A DNA stretch of 64,000 nt from Chiloscyllium plagiosum (taxonomy: Eukaryota): contig NC_057718.1 of assembly GCF_004010195.1 (NCBI RefSeq), positions 89,341,645 to 89,405,644 on the forward strand. Direction: 5' to 3'. Positions 12,330 through 25,594 of this stretch are shown here, piece after piece. A program made the position numbers and the translations under genes. Each line of letters opens with the position of its first letter. The stretch's first letter is position 1. The notes below the pieces were generated by a model. The model made no database searches, had not been told where the DNA came from, and was given only the letters and a program-made list of their open reading frames with translations.

Positions 12330-13155
12330 CCTGGTTTCTGAGAGTCCATTAGGAGTTCATTGCATATTACAGGACTGGGATCGCACGTAGACCAGGTGTG
12401 TATGGGTGAGATAGAGACCTTTCTCTGAAGGGCATCACCCATCCAATTGGCCTTTTACTACAAGCCAATGGCTTTCAAGACCTGGTGCCCTGCTGTAAGT
12501 AATCAGCTTTGTTGAATTGGAAGGATTTGAGGAACTTCTTCTGATCCACTGTTAGAGCTTTCAAGCTGAAATGCCCCAAGACATGAGAGACATCTAATTC
12601 CACCTGATGGAGTGAGTATGTCAGATCAATGGGGTACAATGGTAGCCAGTGCCTTTATACTGTCATCCAAGTGCATGGTGCTGTCATTATCCAAACTTCC
12701 ACAAAAGGTTGCTGATAATTCATTCATTTGCTTATCTCTTATTGATTTTTTTTAAATGGGTATGGTGTTGCTGGCAAGACTAAAGTGCTCTAGCCTCCCC
12801 CAATTGCCCTTGAAGTGCCATTGCAAAGGGAAGTTTGAGAGTCAATCACTTTGCTGAGGATCTGGAGTCACAGGCTGAAGGCCAAACCAAGTAACAACAC
12901 CCTTCCCGGATGAGGTCTGTGAACTAGATGGGAATTTTGCAACAATTAGCTTTCATGGTCACCACATTTTCCAGAGTTTTGTTCATTAAGATTTAATTTC
13001 CCCCAACGGCCATGGTGGGGGGTTGAACCCACGTCCAGACAGCACTGCCCTGGGCCTCAGGATGAGCAGCCCAAATGACATTACCGTCATCTCACTGTCT
13101 CCCCATTTCTGCACAGAATCAAAGTATGAATGAGAGGAATCAGGTGAAGTAACTA

Positions 13156-13710
13156 CACGGCCATCCACTGTCACACGGCCATCCACAGTCACACGGCCAT
13201 CCACAGTCACACGGCCATCCACAGTCACACGGCCATCCACCGTCACACGGCCATCCACAGTCACACAGCCATCCACAGTCACACAGCCATCCACAGTCAC
13301 ACAGCCGTCCACCGTCACACGGCCGTCCACCGTCACACGGCCGTCCACCGTCACACGGCCGTCCACCGTCACACGGCCGTCCACCGTCACACGGCCGTCC
13401 ACCGTCACACGGCCGTCCACCGTCACACGGCCGTCCACCGTCACACGGCCGTCCACCGTCACACGGCCGTCCACCGTCACACGGCCGTCCACCGTCACAC
13501 GGCCGTCCACCGTCACACGGCCGTCCACCGTCACACGGCCATCCACCGTCACACGGCCACCCACCGTCTCACGGCCATCCACCGTCTCACGGCCATCCAC
13601 CGTCTCACAGCCATCCACCGTCTCACAGCCATCCACCGTCTCACAGCCATCCACCGTCATCACAGCCATCCGTCATCACAGCCATCCACCAACCCACAGC
13701 CATCCACCAT
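13156..13710. repeat. 18-bp minisatellite (cacacggccgtccaccgt), about 30 copies
   Basis: Direct tandem units, homogeneous centre, degenerate edges. Confidence 0.97.
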
Positions 13711-13865
13711 CAATCCAAGAACCAGCCTGTATCAGTCACCCTCCATCAGTCATTGTCTGTCATTCATCAGTTATCCCCCAGACAAGCAGACAGTCATCCT
13801 CCATTATCCAATCAGTCATCCTGCACCAATCAAACGGCTGGCCTCCATCACTGAGGTATTATTAC

Positions 13866-14021
13866 CAAGTGGTCCAGATGAGCCCAGGAATGATTAAGTT
13901 CTCGGAGTGTTTCCATAACGTTGCTGGAAGCCTCCTCTTTCTTGTTCTGTATCAGCACCAGGCCACTTTTCTCAACTTTCTCCACTTCCTTCTCTTTCAC
14001 TCGGATAATATCTTCCAGTTC
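13866..14021 (-). CDS. SYNE1: Nesprin-1 coding exon (ELEDIIRVKEKEVEK...WAHLDHL)
   Basis: tcttag acceptor, gtaata donor, 156 nt phase 0-0. Confidence 0.93.
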
Positions 14022-14329
14022 CTAAGAAATAAAATTATGTAAGTTTGCCTCACAGAGATAGACTGATAGTTATGAGCTGCACGAACCCCCTCCCACATTA
14101 TTGATTTCACCCTGCCCCATCTATACATCCTCCATACCCTCCGCTCTCACATCTCATTCAAGATATTTTCTCATCAACCTAGTCAGAGATGTTATCACAC
14201 ACCATTGGAACGGGTGAGGTTTGAACCTGGGTCTCCTGTGTCAGAGGTACGCTCACTACTACTGCACCAGAAGAGCCCCACGTCCTGTTCTATGTTACAT
14301 GCTTTAATCATTCCATGTGGTAGCAAGAT

Positions 14330-14620
14330 CTACACAGTTTAAAAGTAAGGGGTAGGCCATTTGGAACAGAGTTGAGGAGAAACTTCTTCACCCAGAGAGT
14401 GGTGGACATATGGAATGCTCTGCCCCAGAAGGCAGTGGAGGTCAAGTCTCGAGATACTTTCAAGAAAGAGATGGATAGAGCTCTTAGAGATAGCGGAATC
14501 AAGGGCTATGGGGATAAGGCAGGAACAGAATACTAATTGTGGATGATCAGCCATGATCATAATGAATGGTGGTGCTGGTCGAAGGGTCAAATGGCCTACT
14601 CCTGCACCTACTGTCTATCG
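14330..14620 (+). mobile_element. CR1 LINE 3' fragment
   Basis: RRNFFTQRVVDIWNALP-type ORF2 end and 3' UTR. Confidence 0.85.
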
Positions 14621-15104
14621 TCTACATTCTCATGAATCGTTCAGTAAAACACTCCTTCCTGAACGCCTCGCTGGATTCATTATTGACTGCCTTCTCCCCA
14701 CTGTGTGGTTTCAGACTCCCCTTGTCTCTCTGTCAATGATGTGGATGCTCCTTTTAATCTTAAACCCCCTCCTTAGCCTTCCACCTTCTAAAGGCAGCAG
14801 CCTGTAAGAGTTTCCTGAGAGCTGACAAGAGGAGATCACAGATCCCATCAGATAGGGCACCTCAGCACAATTCCCACCAGTCTGGGGGCAAGATTTGCCT
14901 TCAGTTCAAATGGGCCGACAAAGTGCTGACTAGAGGTCGAGTATATGAGAAGAAATAGTGGAACCAGAGCAGATCAGAAACTTTCACTTGATTTACCCAG
15001 GTGTACATGCGTGCTAAGGAGAAGCTGGGCTGCTAGTCTCTGGCTTGAGAGGATTCTCAAAAACAGAGGGGAGGAAGTGATGAGGTTTTCATTCGAATTC
15101 ATAC

Positions 15105-15260
15105 CTGGCAATCCTTCAGTGCAGAATGGATAGAGGCAAGGTCACTGACTGAGTGCCACTTCTTCAGTTGGTCCTCCTGAGATTCAAACCAATCTTTCAA
15201 GCATTGGACACTATTCTCATACTCCGCCCACGATTCTCGTGAGGTTTCTAACGACCCAAT
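15105..15260 (-). CDS. SYNE1: Nesprin-1 coding exon (IGSLETSRESWAEYENSVQCLK...ALKDCQ)
   Basis: tgacag acceptor, gtatga donor, 156 nt phase 0-0. Confidence 0.93.
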
Positions 15261-15427
15261 CTGTCAAAGCAAATGCACTTGATTAAAGGTCAACTATCAG
15301 AGTACAGCTGGAAGTTTCAACCGAGAGATTAGCAACCACCATCTTAACGGACAGATCGACATCTGGTATCTTCCAGGACACAGCGGAATTTTGTTCAGCA
15401 TTTCCACAGACAATGCAAATCCACCAA

Positions 15428-15655
15428 AATAAGGCAAAGAGCTGTGAGATCAGAAACAAGAACAGAAATTGCTGGAGAAACTCAGCAGGTTATGCAGCAT
15501 CTGTGGAGAGAACGCAGGAGTTCACATTTTGAGACCAGTGACCCTTCTACTGAACACTTCTGAGGAGGGGTCACCGGACTCAAAGCGTGGACTCTGACTT
15601 CTCTCCACAGAGGCTGCCAGACCTGCTGAGTTTCTCCAGCTATTTCCATTTTCTG
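15428..15655. mobile_element. Inverted-repeat insert, family 3 (probably Penelope-derived)
   Basis: Arms gctggagaaactcagcagg / cctgctgagtttctccagc; degenerate ctgagga...stem core near centre. Confidence 0.65.
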
Positions 15656-16255
15656 AACGCGAATCAACGTCCTGTTTGGGAGTATGGGGTGGATTTGGGG
15701 GGGGGCGGGACTTGCCAGTCTCAGGACACCCCAGGCCTGCGCCATGTCTCAAACTCACCGAGACCCCGAGGGGCAGAGTGGTGACCCGTTCCTTCTTTCT
15801 GAGCCTTCACGGGTGCTGGATGTGAGTCAGCAGTGGAAGAGATCACTGTATTGGAATACAGACAGGCAGCCATTTTGGTGCTAATCTGCCTTTTCACTCA
15901 ATCCATACCACAGCATCATCTTGGCACTTTGCTTTCATAATCCTCTATACTCCCAACATGAATCCATCCATTGCCTTTTTGAAATTTTCCACTATTCCAG
16001 CTGCGACATCATATTGGAGTCTTCCATAACCCTTTGTAGGCCTCAACTCCTCAGTGCCTTGCTGGACTTGTTGTTTCCTTTGCTTCTGAATGCCCCCACA
16101 AAAGGAAATGGTTTCTCTTTACCTATCCTATCAGTTCAAACACCTCAGTGCGATCAAACTTTAATTTCTAGTGCTCAAAAAGGCATATGCATGAAGGGCC
16201 TCAGTGAATGAATTTTGAGCAAACTCTGGCCCTCACTTCTGCCCACATAGTTTAA

Positions 16256-16465
16256 AAAAAAACAGTAGAACTGCAGATGCTGGAAATCAGAAACAAAAAC
16301 AGAAATTGCTGGAAAAACACACAGGTCTGTCAGCATCTGGAGAGAGAAATCTGGGTTAATGTTTCTGAGGAAGGGTCACTGGATCCGAAACGGCAACTCT
16401 GATTTCTCTCCATAGATGCTGCCAGACCTGCTGAGTTTTTTTTTCAGCAATTTCTATTTCTGTTA
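16256..16465. mobile_element. Inverted-repeat insert, family 3, with hammerhead-like core at 16365-16390
   Basis: ctgaggaagggtcactggatccgaaac; arms match 15428-15655. Confidence 0.7.
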
Positions 16466-17223
16466 CTCTTAGTTTCACATTTTTAAGCCTGTTATTATTC
16501 AGGTGAAGTTGTGTTCCACCCATCCTTCCTCAGATGCTCAGAACTGAATGCAGTAATCTAAATGTGGCCGAAATGCCACTCCTTCAGGTAACGGACAATG
16601 TTCCATTCGCATTTTCAATTATGTTTTGTACCTATGCATCAGCCTTTCACAATTCCCGTGCCTAGACACCTAAACCCGTCTGCTTCTTCACAGTTCCCAG
16701 CTGCTCACCGTTTGGAAGTTAATCTCATCAAACCTTCAGGTCGGAAGCAGATTCCCACAGCAAACCAAATTTGCCACTATTTACCAACCTCACCTTATCC
16801 ATCAAAGTCTCTGTCACAATCTGCTGCCATCCACATTAGTTACTGTGCCACCAAGTCAAAGTAGCACCAGCAAATACCTTCGGGAGGAGTTTGGTGTCAC
16901 AGCCACATGAGATGCCTCTGATAACGTCCACATAGTGAAATCATTTGTTCTCATTGGTAAGGTTGGAACATCCAGTTGGTTTTTTTCCCCCCCTAAAACA
17001 GGGAACAGGAGAAGACCAACAAGTCCGCTGAACAAGCCCCACGCTGACGAACCCTGAAGGATCAGGAATGGTCACTTGGACAGCCTCCCCGACAGCAGCG
17101 TGATCACCCATGGCAAATAATGAACCGCGAAAACCAGGGCAATAAAAAGGCAAGGTGCTCTGGGAGTCTCTCCATGGAGGTGGAAACCAGTTCAGGGGCA
17201 GTGTGTGAAAACCTCTCCGTTAC

Positions 17224-17400
17224 CTGCTCAGTAATGTGTCCTTGCAGCAGTTGCCACCTCCTGTTCATTATTCCAAGGCGCTCAGCGAAATCAGTTTTGT
17301 CACTGCGCTTACTCTCCACGTCATGGCTACTGATCTGCAGTACTGACTGGTTCACAAAGTCCACCGTCAACTGCTTACATGCCAGGTCAATCTTGAAAGC
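17224..17400 (-). CDS. SYNE1: Nesprin-1 coding exon (AFKIDLACKQLTVDFVNQS...GHITEQ)
   Basis: tcacag acceptor, gtaacg donor, 177 nt phase 0-0. Confidence 0.94.
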
Positions 17401-17427
17401 CTGTGAAGGACGAATACATTAGCATAA

Positions 17428-17675
17428 CTTGGGTGACTGTCTGTGTGGAGTTTGCACGTTCTCTCCCTATGCGTGTGGGTCTGCACCGGTTCCCTCCCAC
17501 AGTCCAAAGATGTGCAGGGTAGGTGGACTGGCTATGCTCAATTGCCCCATAGTGTCCAGGGATGTGCAGACTAGGTGGATGAGCCATTAGGAAGTGCAGG
17601 ATTACGGGGTTTGGGTGGGATGCTCTTCAGAGGGTCGGTGTGGACAAATGGTCTCCTTCCACACTGTGGGAGTTC
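17428..17675 (+). mobile_element. HE1-like V-SINE, 5'-truncated, 28 bp from an exon acceptor
   Basis: V-domain and tail present. Confidence 0.85.
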
Positions 17676-18780
17676 TAAAAGAAGAACAATCCCACAAGCT
17701 GGTGTCAATAGAGGCCAATGCATGGAGAGGTCTTCAGGTACTGAATCAGGCAAAAGTGAGGCTTAGGGTGTGGAGCAACTGCAAATTAAATTTCTGATCA
17801 GATTGGCAACGGACTCCATCTCTATTCCACCTGCCCAGTCTTCCCTATTCTTCTTAGCTCGTGGGTCACCAGCAACCCACCAGCTTCCAATTCAACCTTC
17901 CTCAAGTGGCAGCTCACAAGGAAGGGACATCATGCCCAGAATCAACTCTCTTCCCCAGACGTGTGACCTCTGCTCAGTCCCTCTGCCTCACCGTGCACCC
18001 GAGGTCACAAACTTGGAGCTAAGCTGACCTCGTGTTGCTTTATTGCTACGCAGGAAGGACTGATGTTCCAATAGCACACCGACACGTGGGCAAAATCAAA
18101 CATTCACCACCCGCGCCCCCACATTGATTGATTAATTTTACTGTCAAGTGCACAGTGAAAAGCTTTGTCTGTGAGCAGTACAGGCAGATCATAGTGAGCA
18201 AGGATGTACAGATCAAACAGAGGCGTACAGGTAGTAACTTTTACACATTTAGAATTTCAGTATAGAACATTTATAAGACATGTTAGAGTTAGATCTGCTT
18301 TAGGGAGCTCACCAGGAATTGCAGAGTGTTGCGCATTTTGCAATGCACCTTTACTGCAGTGCAATGCTTCACAGGAGCACTGTCATGCAGAATGATCAAA
18401 AGCAGAAACAGCTGCTGAAGTGTTCCAAGGGTCCGTTCCAGGGACCCCAGCCTCGGCCCGACTCTCCAGTGGAGTACTGAGGAGTACTCGCATGTCTGAG
18501 GTGCTGTCATGCACTTCACACTGCACTGAGGCTCCATCCAGCCCTCAGCAGAGGGAATGAAGGAGCCCATCACACTATTCAAAGTAAAGCAGGGAAGCTC
18601 ACCCTGTTACCTGAGCCGAAATGTATCCTTCAGCTTGATGCAAACAGATTACTCAACCCGTTGCGACACTGCCAAAGGTGGAACCTTGCTATGTGAAAAT
18701 GGGGTGCCCATTTCTCCACCAAATAACATTGGCATTAACTCAAAGCACATGACTGGTTACTTATGGAAATATTTGAAGAA

Positions 18781-18906
18781 ATAGTGTTAGGTGCATTAGT
18801 CAGGGCTAAATATAGGGTAGGGGAAGGGTCTGGGTGGTTCGGATGGTTGGTGTGGACTTGTTGGGCCAAAAGGCCTGTTTCCATATTGTAGGAATTCTAA
18901 TCTAAT
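18781..18906 (+). mobile_element. HE1-like SINE 3' fragment inserted in an older Deu-type SINE
   Basis: Tail sequence; flanks 18380-18780 resemble 25230-25594. Confidence 0.7.
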
Positions 18907-19157
18907 CAAAAAAAAACTAATGGGCGTTATGTAAATACAGACTCTTTTTTTACGTTCTACTTCTCAGAAACATACAAAATCTTTCAGCTAATTCCTCTTC
19001 TCAGTGACAATATGGCTGACCTGTATCTTGTCACCAGCTCTTGACTATAATCATTAGTCTATTACCAAGCAACTGATCAAAGGTCTTTGGAAGATCTGGA
19101 TAAATTACCTCAACCGCATTGTCACTGCCTGCTCTGTTACCTTCAATAAATTAACAA

Positions 19158-19277
19158 GGTCAGGGGTAAACGTAGGAAAATGGGGTAGGGGAATGAGTCT
19201 GAGTGGGTTACTCTTCGGAGGGTTGGTGTGGACTAGTTGGGCTGAAGGGCCTGTTTCCACTCTATAAGGATTCTATG
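19158..19277 (+). mobile_element. HE1-like SINE 3' fragment
   Basis: ctcttcggagggttggtgtggac...gggcctgtttccac tail. Confidence 0.75.
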
Positions 19278-19697
19278 TAAGGTTGGCTTGAAACCTACGC
19301 TGACTGCTCATTATACTGTTTCTCATTTCTCGATGTCTGTCTAACCTCTCTTTCAGCAGTGTTTCCAATATTTCATCTCACTGATGTTAAGCTGTGGTAA
19401 CAATCTGTTCTCCATCTTAAAAATACAAGTGACAACGATCCACTAATTGGCTGACACGTCACCAAGTTTTAAACAAAGTTTTAGATCTGAACAGTAAACA
19501 CCAGCTATATCTTCCCTGATTCGCTTAAAATAAATGTGGTTGCTATGCAGAGCAGAGATTTTGACCATTTTAGTTTATTCATTAACCTTTTTTTATTTTA
19601 AGTGTACTTGCATTATTCATATCATCATTAAATAAATAGCAAAGCAATATAATTGTTTGATAGTTTTGCAATCTCTTTCTGGTTACCTGTGGTATCA

Positions 19698-20925
19698 AAC
19701 TGCCATCCTTAATGGTCCTGTTACCATCACAACCTGCCATTCTTAATGGTCTGGTTACCATCACAACCTGCCATCCTTAATGGTACTGTTACCATCACAA
19801 CCTGCCATCCTTAATGGTCCGGTTACCGTAACAACCTGCCATCTTTAATGGTCCGGTTACCACCACAACCTGCCATCCTTAATGGTCCGGTTACCATCAC
19901 AACCTGCCATCCTTAATGGTCCTGTTACCGTAACAACCTGCCATCCTTAATGGTCCGGTTACTACCACAACCTGCCATTCTTAATGGTCCGGTTACCATC
20001 ACAACCTGCCATCCTTAATGGTCCTGTTACCATCACAACCTCCCATCCTTAATGGTCCGGTTACCGTAACAACCTGCCATCCTTAATAGTCCGGTTACCA
20101 TCACAACCTGCCATCCTTAATGGTCCGGTTACCATCACTACCTCCCATCCTTAATGGTCCTGTTACCATCACAACCTGCCATCCTTAATGGTCTGGTTAC
20201 CATCACAACCTCCCATCCTTAATGTCCTGTTACCATCACAACCTGCCATCCTTATTGGTCCGGTTACCATCACAACCTGCCATCCTTAATGGTCCTGTTA
20301 CTATCACAACCTGCCATCCTTAATGGTCCGGTTACCGTAACAACCTGCCATCCTTAATGGTCCTGTTACCGTCACAACCTCCCATCCTTAATGGTCTGGT
20401 TACCGTAACAACCTGCCATCCTTAATGGTCCGGTTACCATCACAACCTACCATCCTTAATGGTCTGGTTACCGTAACAACCTGCCATTCTTAATGATCCT
20501 GTTACCATCACAACCTGCCATCCTTAATGGTCCTGTTACCATCACAACCTGCCATCCTTAATGGTCCTGTTGCCGTAACAACCTCCCATCCTTAATGGTC
20601 CGGTTACCGTAACAACCTGCCATCCTTAATGGTCCTGTTACCATCACAACCTGCTATTCTTAATGGTCCGGTTACCGTAACAACCTGCCATCCTTAATGG
20701 TCTGGTTACCGTAACAACCTGCCATCCTTAATGGTCCTGTTACCGTAACAACCTGCCATCCTTAATGGTCCGGTTACCATCACAACCTGCAATCCTTAAT
20801 GGTCCTGTTACCATCACAACCTGCCATCCTGAATGGTCTGGTTACCGTAACAACCTGCCATCCTTAATGGTCCTGTTACCATCACAACCTGCCATCCTGA
20901 ATGGTCTGGTTACCGTAACAACCTT
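19698..20925. repeat. 34-bp minisatellite (caacctgccatccttaatggtccggttaccatca), about 36 copies
   Basis: Contiguous units without spacers; interspersed variants ATCAC/GTAAC and CCG/CCT/CTG. Confidence 0.97.
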
Positions 20926-21239
20926 CCAGTTTTCATTGATGTGTCAATCACATATTTTCATCATCTTGTTTTATATTGTTTGTTACCTTAACTTAAATTG
21001 TTTTTTATTTCTCTAATCTTTTCGCACCATCTCTGATCATGTACTCTTCAGTTATTCATATATTTACTGAATGTCTCTTTCCTCATCCTTATGCCTATAT
21101 TCAATGATGAAGGCTCAGCAACAGTTAGCCGTTCTTTCCTTTCAGTGGAACATACGTTCCTGAACTCTGTTGAACATTGTATTAGATGTTTCACATTGTT
21201 GTTCTATATTGCTGTTTATCCCCTTTTGTTTTCCCAAAG

Positions 21240-21570
21240 TTAGAATCACTGAATCCCTATTGCACAGAGAGAGACCATTCGGCCAATAGAGTCTGCACCA
21301 ACCCTCCAAAAAACATCCCGGATCCAGCCCCCCACCTATCACTGTAACCCTGCTAACCTACCCAGCCTGCACAACCCTATGTAGCCTGACCAATCCACCT
21401 AACCTGCGCATCTTTGGACTGTGGGAGGAAACCGGAGCACCGGGTGGAAATACACACAGACATGGGGAGAATGTCTGTGTGGAGTTTGCACAGTCACCCA
21501 AGGCTGGAATCAAACCCGGGTCCCAGGTGCTGTAAGGCAGCAGTGCTAACCACTGAGCCACCGCGTTGCC
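21240..21570 (-). mobile_element. HE1-like V-SINE
   Basis: Head, V-domain and tail on minus strand. Confidence 0.85.
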
Positions 21571-21946
21571 CCAAAGTTCTATTCTCAGCCTCTCAACACC
21601 AACTACTGTAGAAAACTCCTGAGTTAGTTTTCATATTACTCACGCCTTTCTCTATCACACCTTAAAGCATTGTAATATTATTATGGTCACTATTCCCCAA
21701 ACTCTCCACCTTTACTTCTCCTTCCTGCTCTCATTCGTTCACAATTACTAAATCCAATATTGAATATTGTCTCGTTATGCCTCTAACATACTGGGTAGAA
21801 AGGAATCATTGGCACTCCATCTCCTTACTAACTACCCTGTTCCTGTCGATTAGTTTTCAGTTATTCTTTAACAGTTTTAAGTTCAATGAAATCAACCCTG
21901 AATCGACTTTATTCGAGACAATGTTAGCCTAGACTTTCTTCCTTAC

Positions 21947-22096
21947 CTTGTACTTCTTGAGGTATTGTTCTATCATCTGTGAACCCACAGCACTTCGAAT
22001 TCTCTCATCATCCTCTTCAAGGGTTTGTTCCATAAGTGAAATCCAGTTCATGAGCTCGTTGATGGCTGTGCGTGAAGGCAATTTCTCCATCTGAAG
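21947..22096 (-). CDS. SYNE1: Nesprin-1 coding exon (LQMEKLPSRTAINELMNWISLME...YLKKYK)
   Basis: tctcag acceptor, gtaagg donor, 150 nt phase 0-0. Confidence 0.93.
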
Positions 22097-22225
22097 CTGA
22101 GAAGAGAAAGATTTTCAACTTCTTCCATAGTCGGCATCCGTCCTGCACCTCGACACTCAGGAGCACCAAGCTTGTTATTGTAATTTATGATAGGGATTAC
22201 AACCAGAGCAAGGTAAAACTCACAG

Positions 22226-22650
22226 AAGGATGTTAGGGCTGTTTTCCCTGGAGCATCAGAGGCTGAGGGGTGACCTTATAGAGGTTTACAAAATTATGAG
22301 GGGCATGGATAGGATAAGTAGGCAAAGTCTTTTCCCTGGGGTTGGGGAGTCCAGAACTAGAGGGCATAGGTTTCGGGTGAGAGGGGAAAGATATAAAAGA
22401 GACTTACGGGGCAACTTTTTCACGCAGAGGGTGGTACGTGTATGGAATGAGCTGCCAGAGGAAGTGGTGGAGGCTGGTACAATGGCAACAATTAAGAGGC
22501 ATCTGGATGGGTATATGAATAGGAAGGTTTTGGAGGGATATGGGCCGGGTGCTGGCAAATGGGAAAAATAAAAATTTAGGATATTTGGTTGGCCTGGACG
22601 AGTTAGACTGAAGGGTCTGTTTCAGTGCTGTACATCTCTGTGGCTCTATG
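22226..22650 (+). mobile_element. CR1 (HER1-like) LINE 3' fragment
   Basis: RLRGDLIEVYKIM...TRGH...FFTQRVVRVWNELP. Confidence 0.9.
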
Positions 22651-22742
22651 TGTGATTGTGTAAACTATTTCAACTATGTCCATGGACTGACATAGAATCG
22701 TAGAATCCCTACAATCCCTACAGCGTGGATCTCAGGTCCTTG

Positions 22743-23471
22743 TGTTATGAAGGTGTAGGTGAGTACTGTATCTTTAAGAGAGTGTGGAAGTTGGCATGGA
22801 CCGAGAGAACACAGAGTGTGCTGAAAAATTTAAAAAGGTAACATTTGCTTGTGAAAACAAATAGCTAGAGCTGCGTTGCTATGTTACGCAACAAATTTGA
22901 ATTCAGCCAATAGTTCAAATTATGCCCCAAGATACCAAAATCAGGTCGAATTCGAATTTTAATATTTTGGAAGACATCTAATCACTGTCCGATGTTTTGG
23001 GTATATAAAATTGGGCATTTTGAACAGTTAGCGAGAGTGGCAAATAGCACCAATGAAAATATGGCCTGTAGATCCTCTCTCTGAAAGGTACCTTTTCATG
23101 TAAAAGTTGTGAAGTAGAAGACCGAAGACCCAGGAAAGAACAAAGATACCAAGGGAAAAGCAACAACTGGCTGGTTTTTAAACCTGATTTTTTTTTGTAA
23201 ACTCAATCGGGGGGGCTTTACTGGATCAAGATAGTGTCGTAGAGGGGGAGGCAGATAAATTGATCAGACGAAGGAGGATTACCGTGTAGATAGTTGGTGT
23301 TTAATGTTCTTGTATTTCTTGGAGTTAAAGAATAAATTGTTAATTTTTTTCTTTACAAACAGGGGTTTTTGTAGTTCTCGGTCACTCATACTTTAACAGA
23401 TTATGAGGCGAAGTGAGCTTTTCTGTGAGTCTGGTTCAAATTAGCAGAAGGGTTTACCCCATGTCACAACA
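22743..23471 (+). mobile_element. Solo LTR (729 bp), Gypsy/ERV-type
   Basis: TG...CA ends with 8-bp imperfect inverted termini tgttatga/tcacaaca; 4-bp TSD cttg; CCAAT 22907, TATATAAAA 23002, AATAAA 23331. Confidence 0.85.
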
Positions 23472-24097
23472 CTTGGGTCCATGAGGCAACAGTGCTAACC
23501 ACTGACCATAGACATCAAACCAACACTGAGTTCCAAATGTCTCCTCTCAAATTACCATCCTCACTCTTGCATGGAGATCTGGAGTGATGGCTCAGCTCAG
23601 CTCCTCAGACAGGCCCACAGGCTCCCTGGCTTGATTCTACTTCAATACCTAGATACTCAATCTTGTGGCATGGGAGGGCGGAAGTGGGAGATTGGCTGAG
23701 AACTCCCAGGACTTAGAGCTTGGCTGCAATGCCTCATGGTCACTTCACAAGCGTTCACCCCTCCCTCACTCAAGAGGAGTGGAGGCTTCTGACTGGAGAA
23801 GCACAGAAGGTGGCCACTCAGCCCATTCAATTGGTGTCAGCTCCCGTGCTGGAAAACTAACCCCGCGTGCTACAGTGTCGATCCCAAAACTATTTGCCGT
23901 GCCTCACTATCTCCTTACGGGCCTGCACATTTCTGAACGCAGGGAACAAGAGAGGAAGTCGCAAGTTTGCTCTCTCTCTCTCTCGCTCTCCCCTCCCCCA
24001 TGATGAAAAAGGGAGCCCCCAAATATCCAAATTCTTCACGCGCATTAGATTCTCACTGGATTGCCTTTACTCGGTGACACATCAATCTCTCCCATAC

Positions 24098-24280
24098 CTG
24101 GTGCAGCCTCTCTTGGACCAGGGGGATTTGAGTGAGGAGCTCTGTCCACTGTCCGTCCGTCTGGGCCAGCCCAGATCGCAAGGAAGCTGTGTCCACCTTC
24201 TTGAGCCGCAGGAGCTGATTTCCCCGACTCAGCACCGAGGATTTGAGGGAGGACTTGGTGTCGACCTCCTTGGAAAATTC
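24098..24280 (-). CDS. SYNE1: Nesprin-1 coding exon (EFSKEVDTKSSLKSSVLS...VQERLHQ)
   Basis: tcccag acceptor, gtatgg donor, 183 nt phase 0-0. Confidence 0.94.
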
Positions 24281-24587
24281 CTGGGAAAGGAACCGAGTCA
24301 GTAGACGATTTGGAAAGCTGCTCACGCACTGCTGCTAAACCAGTCCATTATTAAAAGCACTAGTCATGTGCAATAATTAAATGGGAAAACAAAGCCTGTT
24401 TAAAACATGCATTAGATTAGAATCATGCAGCACAAAAGGATGTCATTTGGCATATTGCTTTTTTCTTATTTGTTAAATGCTAGGCCAATATTTATGACTC
24501 ATCCCATTGGGGGAATCTAAGAGTCAACCACATTACTGTGGGCCTGGAGTCACACAGAGGCCAGACCAGCTAAGGACGGCAGAGTTA

Positions 24588-25015
24588 GCTCTGAAGAAGG
24601 GAGAGTGGACTCGGAACATTAACTCTGTTTTTCTCTCTACAGATGCTGCCAGACCTGCTGAGTTTCTCCATCAGAACTCCTGCATCTTTGTTTTAGAATT
24701 TGCAAACTGGATGGGCTTTGATAACAATCGATCGTAGTTTGGATAAGCCGGCTTTAAAAACAGCAGCTGCTGGGGAAGCTCAGCAGGTCTGGCAGCATCT
24801 GCGGGAAAAAGCAGAGTGAACGTTTCGAGTCTCAGAGCTCGACAAAGCTTTTGACACTGTGAAACACTGGATGACAGCGTGGATGACAAAGCTTTTCACT
24901 GTGCCTCAGTGCACGCGGCAATAAATTCAATTCAACTCAACTCATCTGTCAGACCTGCTGAGCTTCTCCAGCAACGTCTGCTTTTGCTCCACATTTCCGG
25001 CATCTTGCAGTTCAT
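24588..25015. mobile_element. Cluster of family-3 insert fragments in both orientations
   Basis: gatgctgccagacctgctgag motif on + at ~24642 and partly at ~24946, on - at ~24778. Confidence 0.6.
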
Positions 25016-25229
25016 TGTTTCAATTTAATTCCAGTTTCTTTCTCTTTTAAATTGAATCCAAGTTTCACCAGGGTGGGATTCAAACCCATGTCCCCAGCAC
25101 ATGACCCTGGGATGATTGGTTGAGTAACATTCCCATTGTGCCACCGCCTCCCCTGTGCTGTGTTGCTCCAGCTCTTTGGGAAGAGCTTCCTGCTAATTCA
25201 CACTGTCCCTGTAGTGCGGCAGATTTTGC

Positions 25230-25594
25230 CTTTTGAAGCCACTCAAAGCTCTGAGTGTTAACAATCCAGGCTGACCTTCCAGTGCTAGTGGACAGCCACA
25301 CTAGCAGAGACACAGTCGTTCAAGGAAGGTATGATATTGAAGGCCTAGCTACACTCTCAGGTGGACACTAAATACCCCATGATGCCATTGTGAAGCAGCA
25401 CAGGGGCCCTACCTCTGCTGCCAATATTTACCTACCAGCCATATCTTGAAACAGATTATCTGGTCATTAGCAGACTGGACGCAAATTAGCTGCTGTGTTC
25501 CCTACATTCCAACAGTGGCTACATTTCAACGGTACTGCATTAAGTAAAATGCTTCGAGACGTCCAGTGGTTGTGAATGGCGCTATACAAATGCA
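25230..25594 (+). mobile_element. Old Deu-domain-type SINE (SacSINE1-like); related fragments near 18380, 30950, 45030, 50050, 57490 and 62450
   Basis: Shared motifs ctcaggtggac, aaacagattatctggtcatt, gcaaattagctgctgtgttccctacat, gctatacaaatgca. Confidence 0.55.

Noticed and set aside
12986..13669. 227-aa (VTVDGR)n ORF
   Set aside because: Translation of an 18-bp minisatellite with no splice or homology support
19698..20925. CRISPR-like array of 34-bp repeats
   Set aside because: Units are contiguous with no unique spacers, no cas genes, and the context is a vertebrate intron
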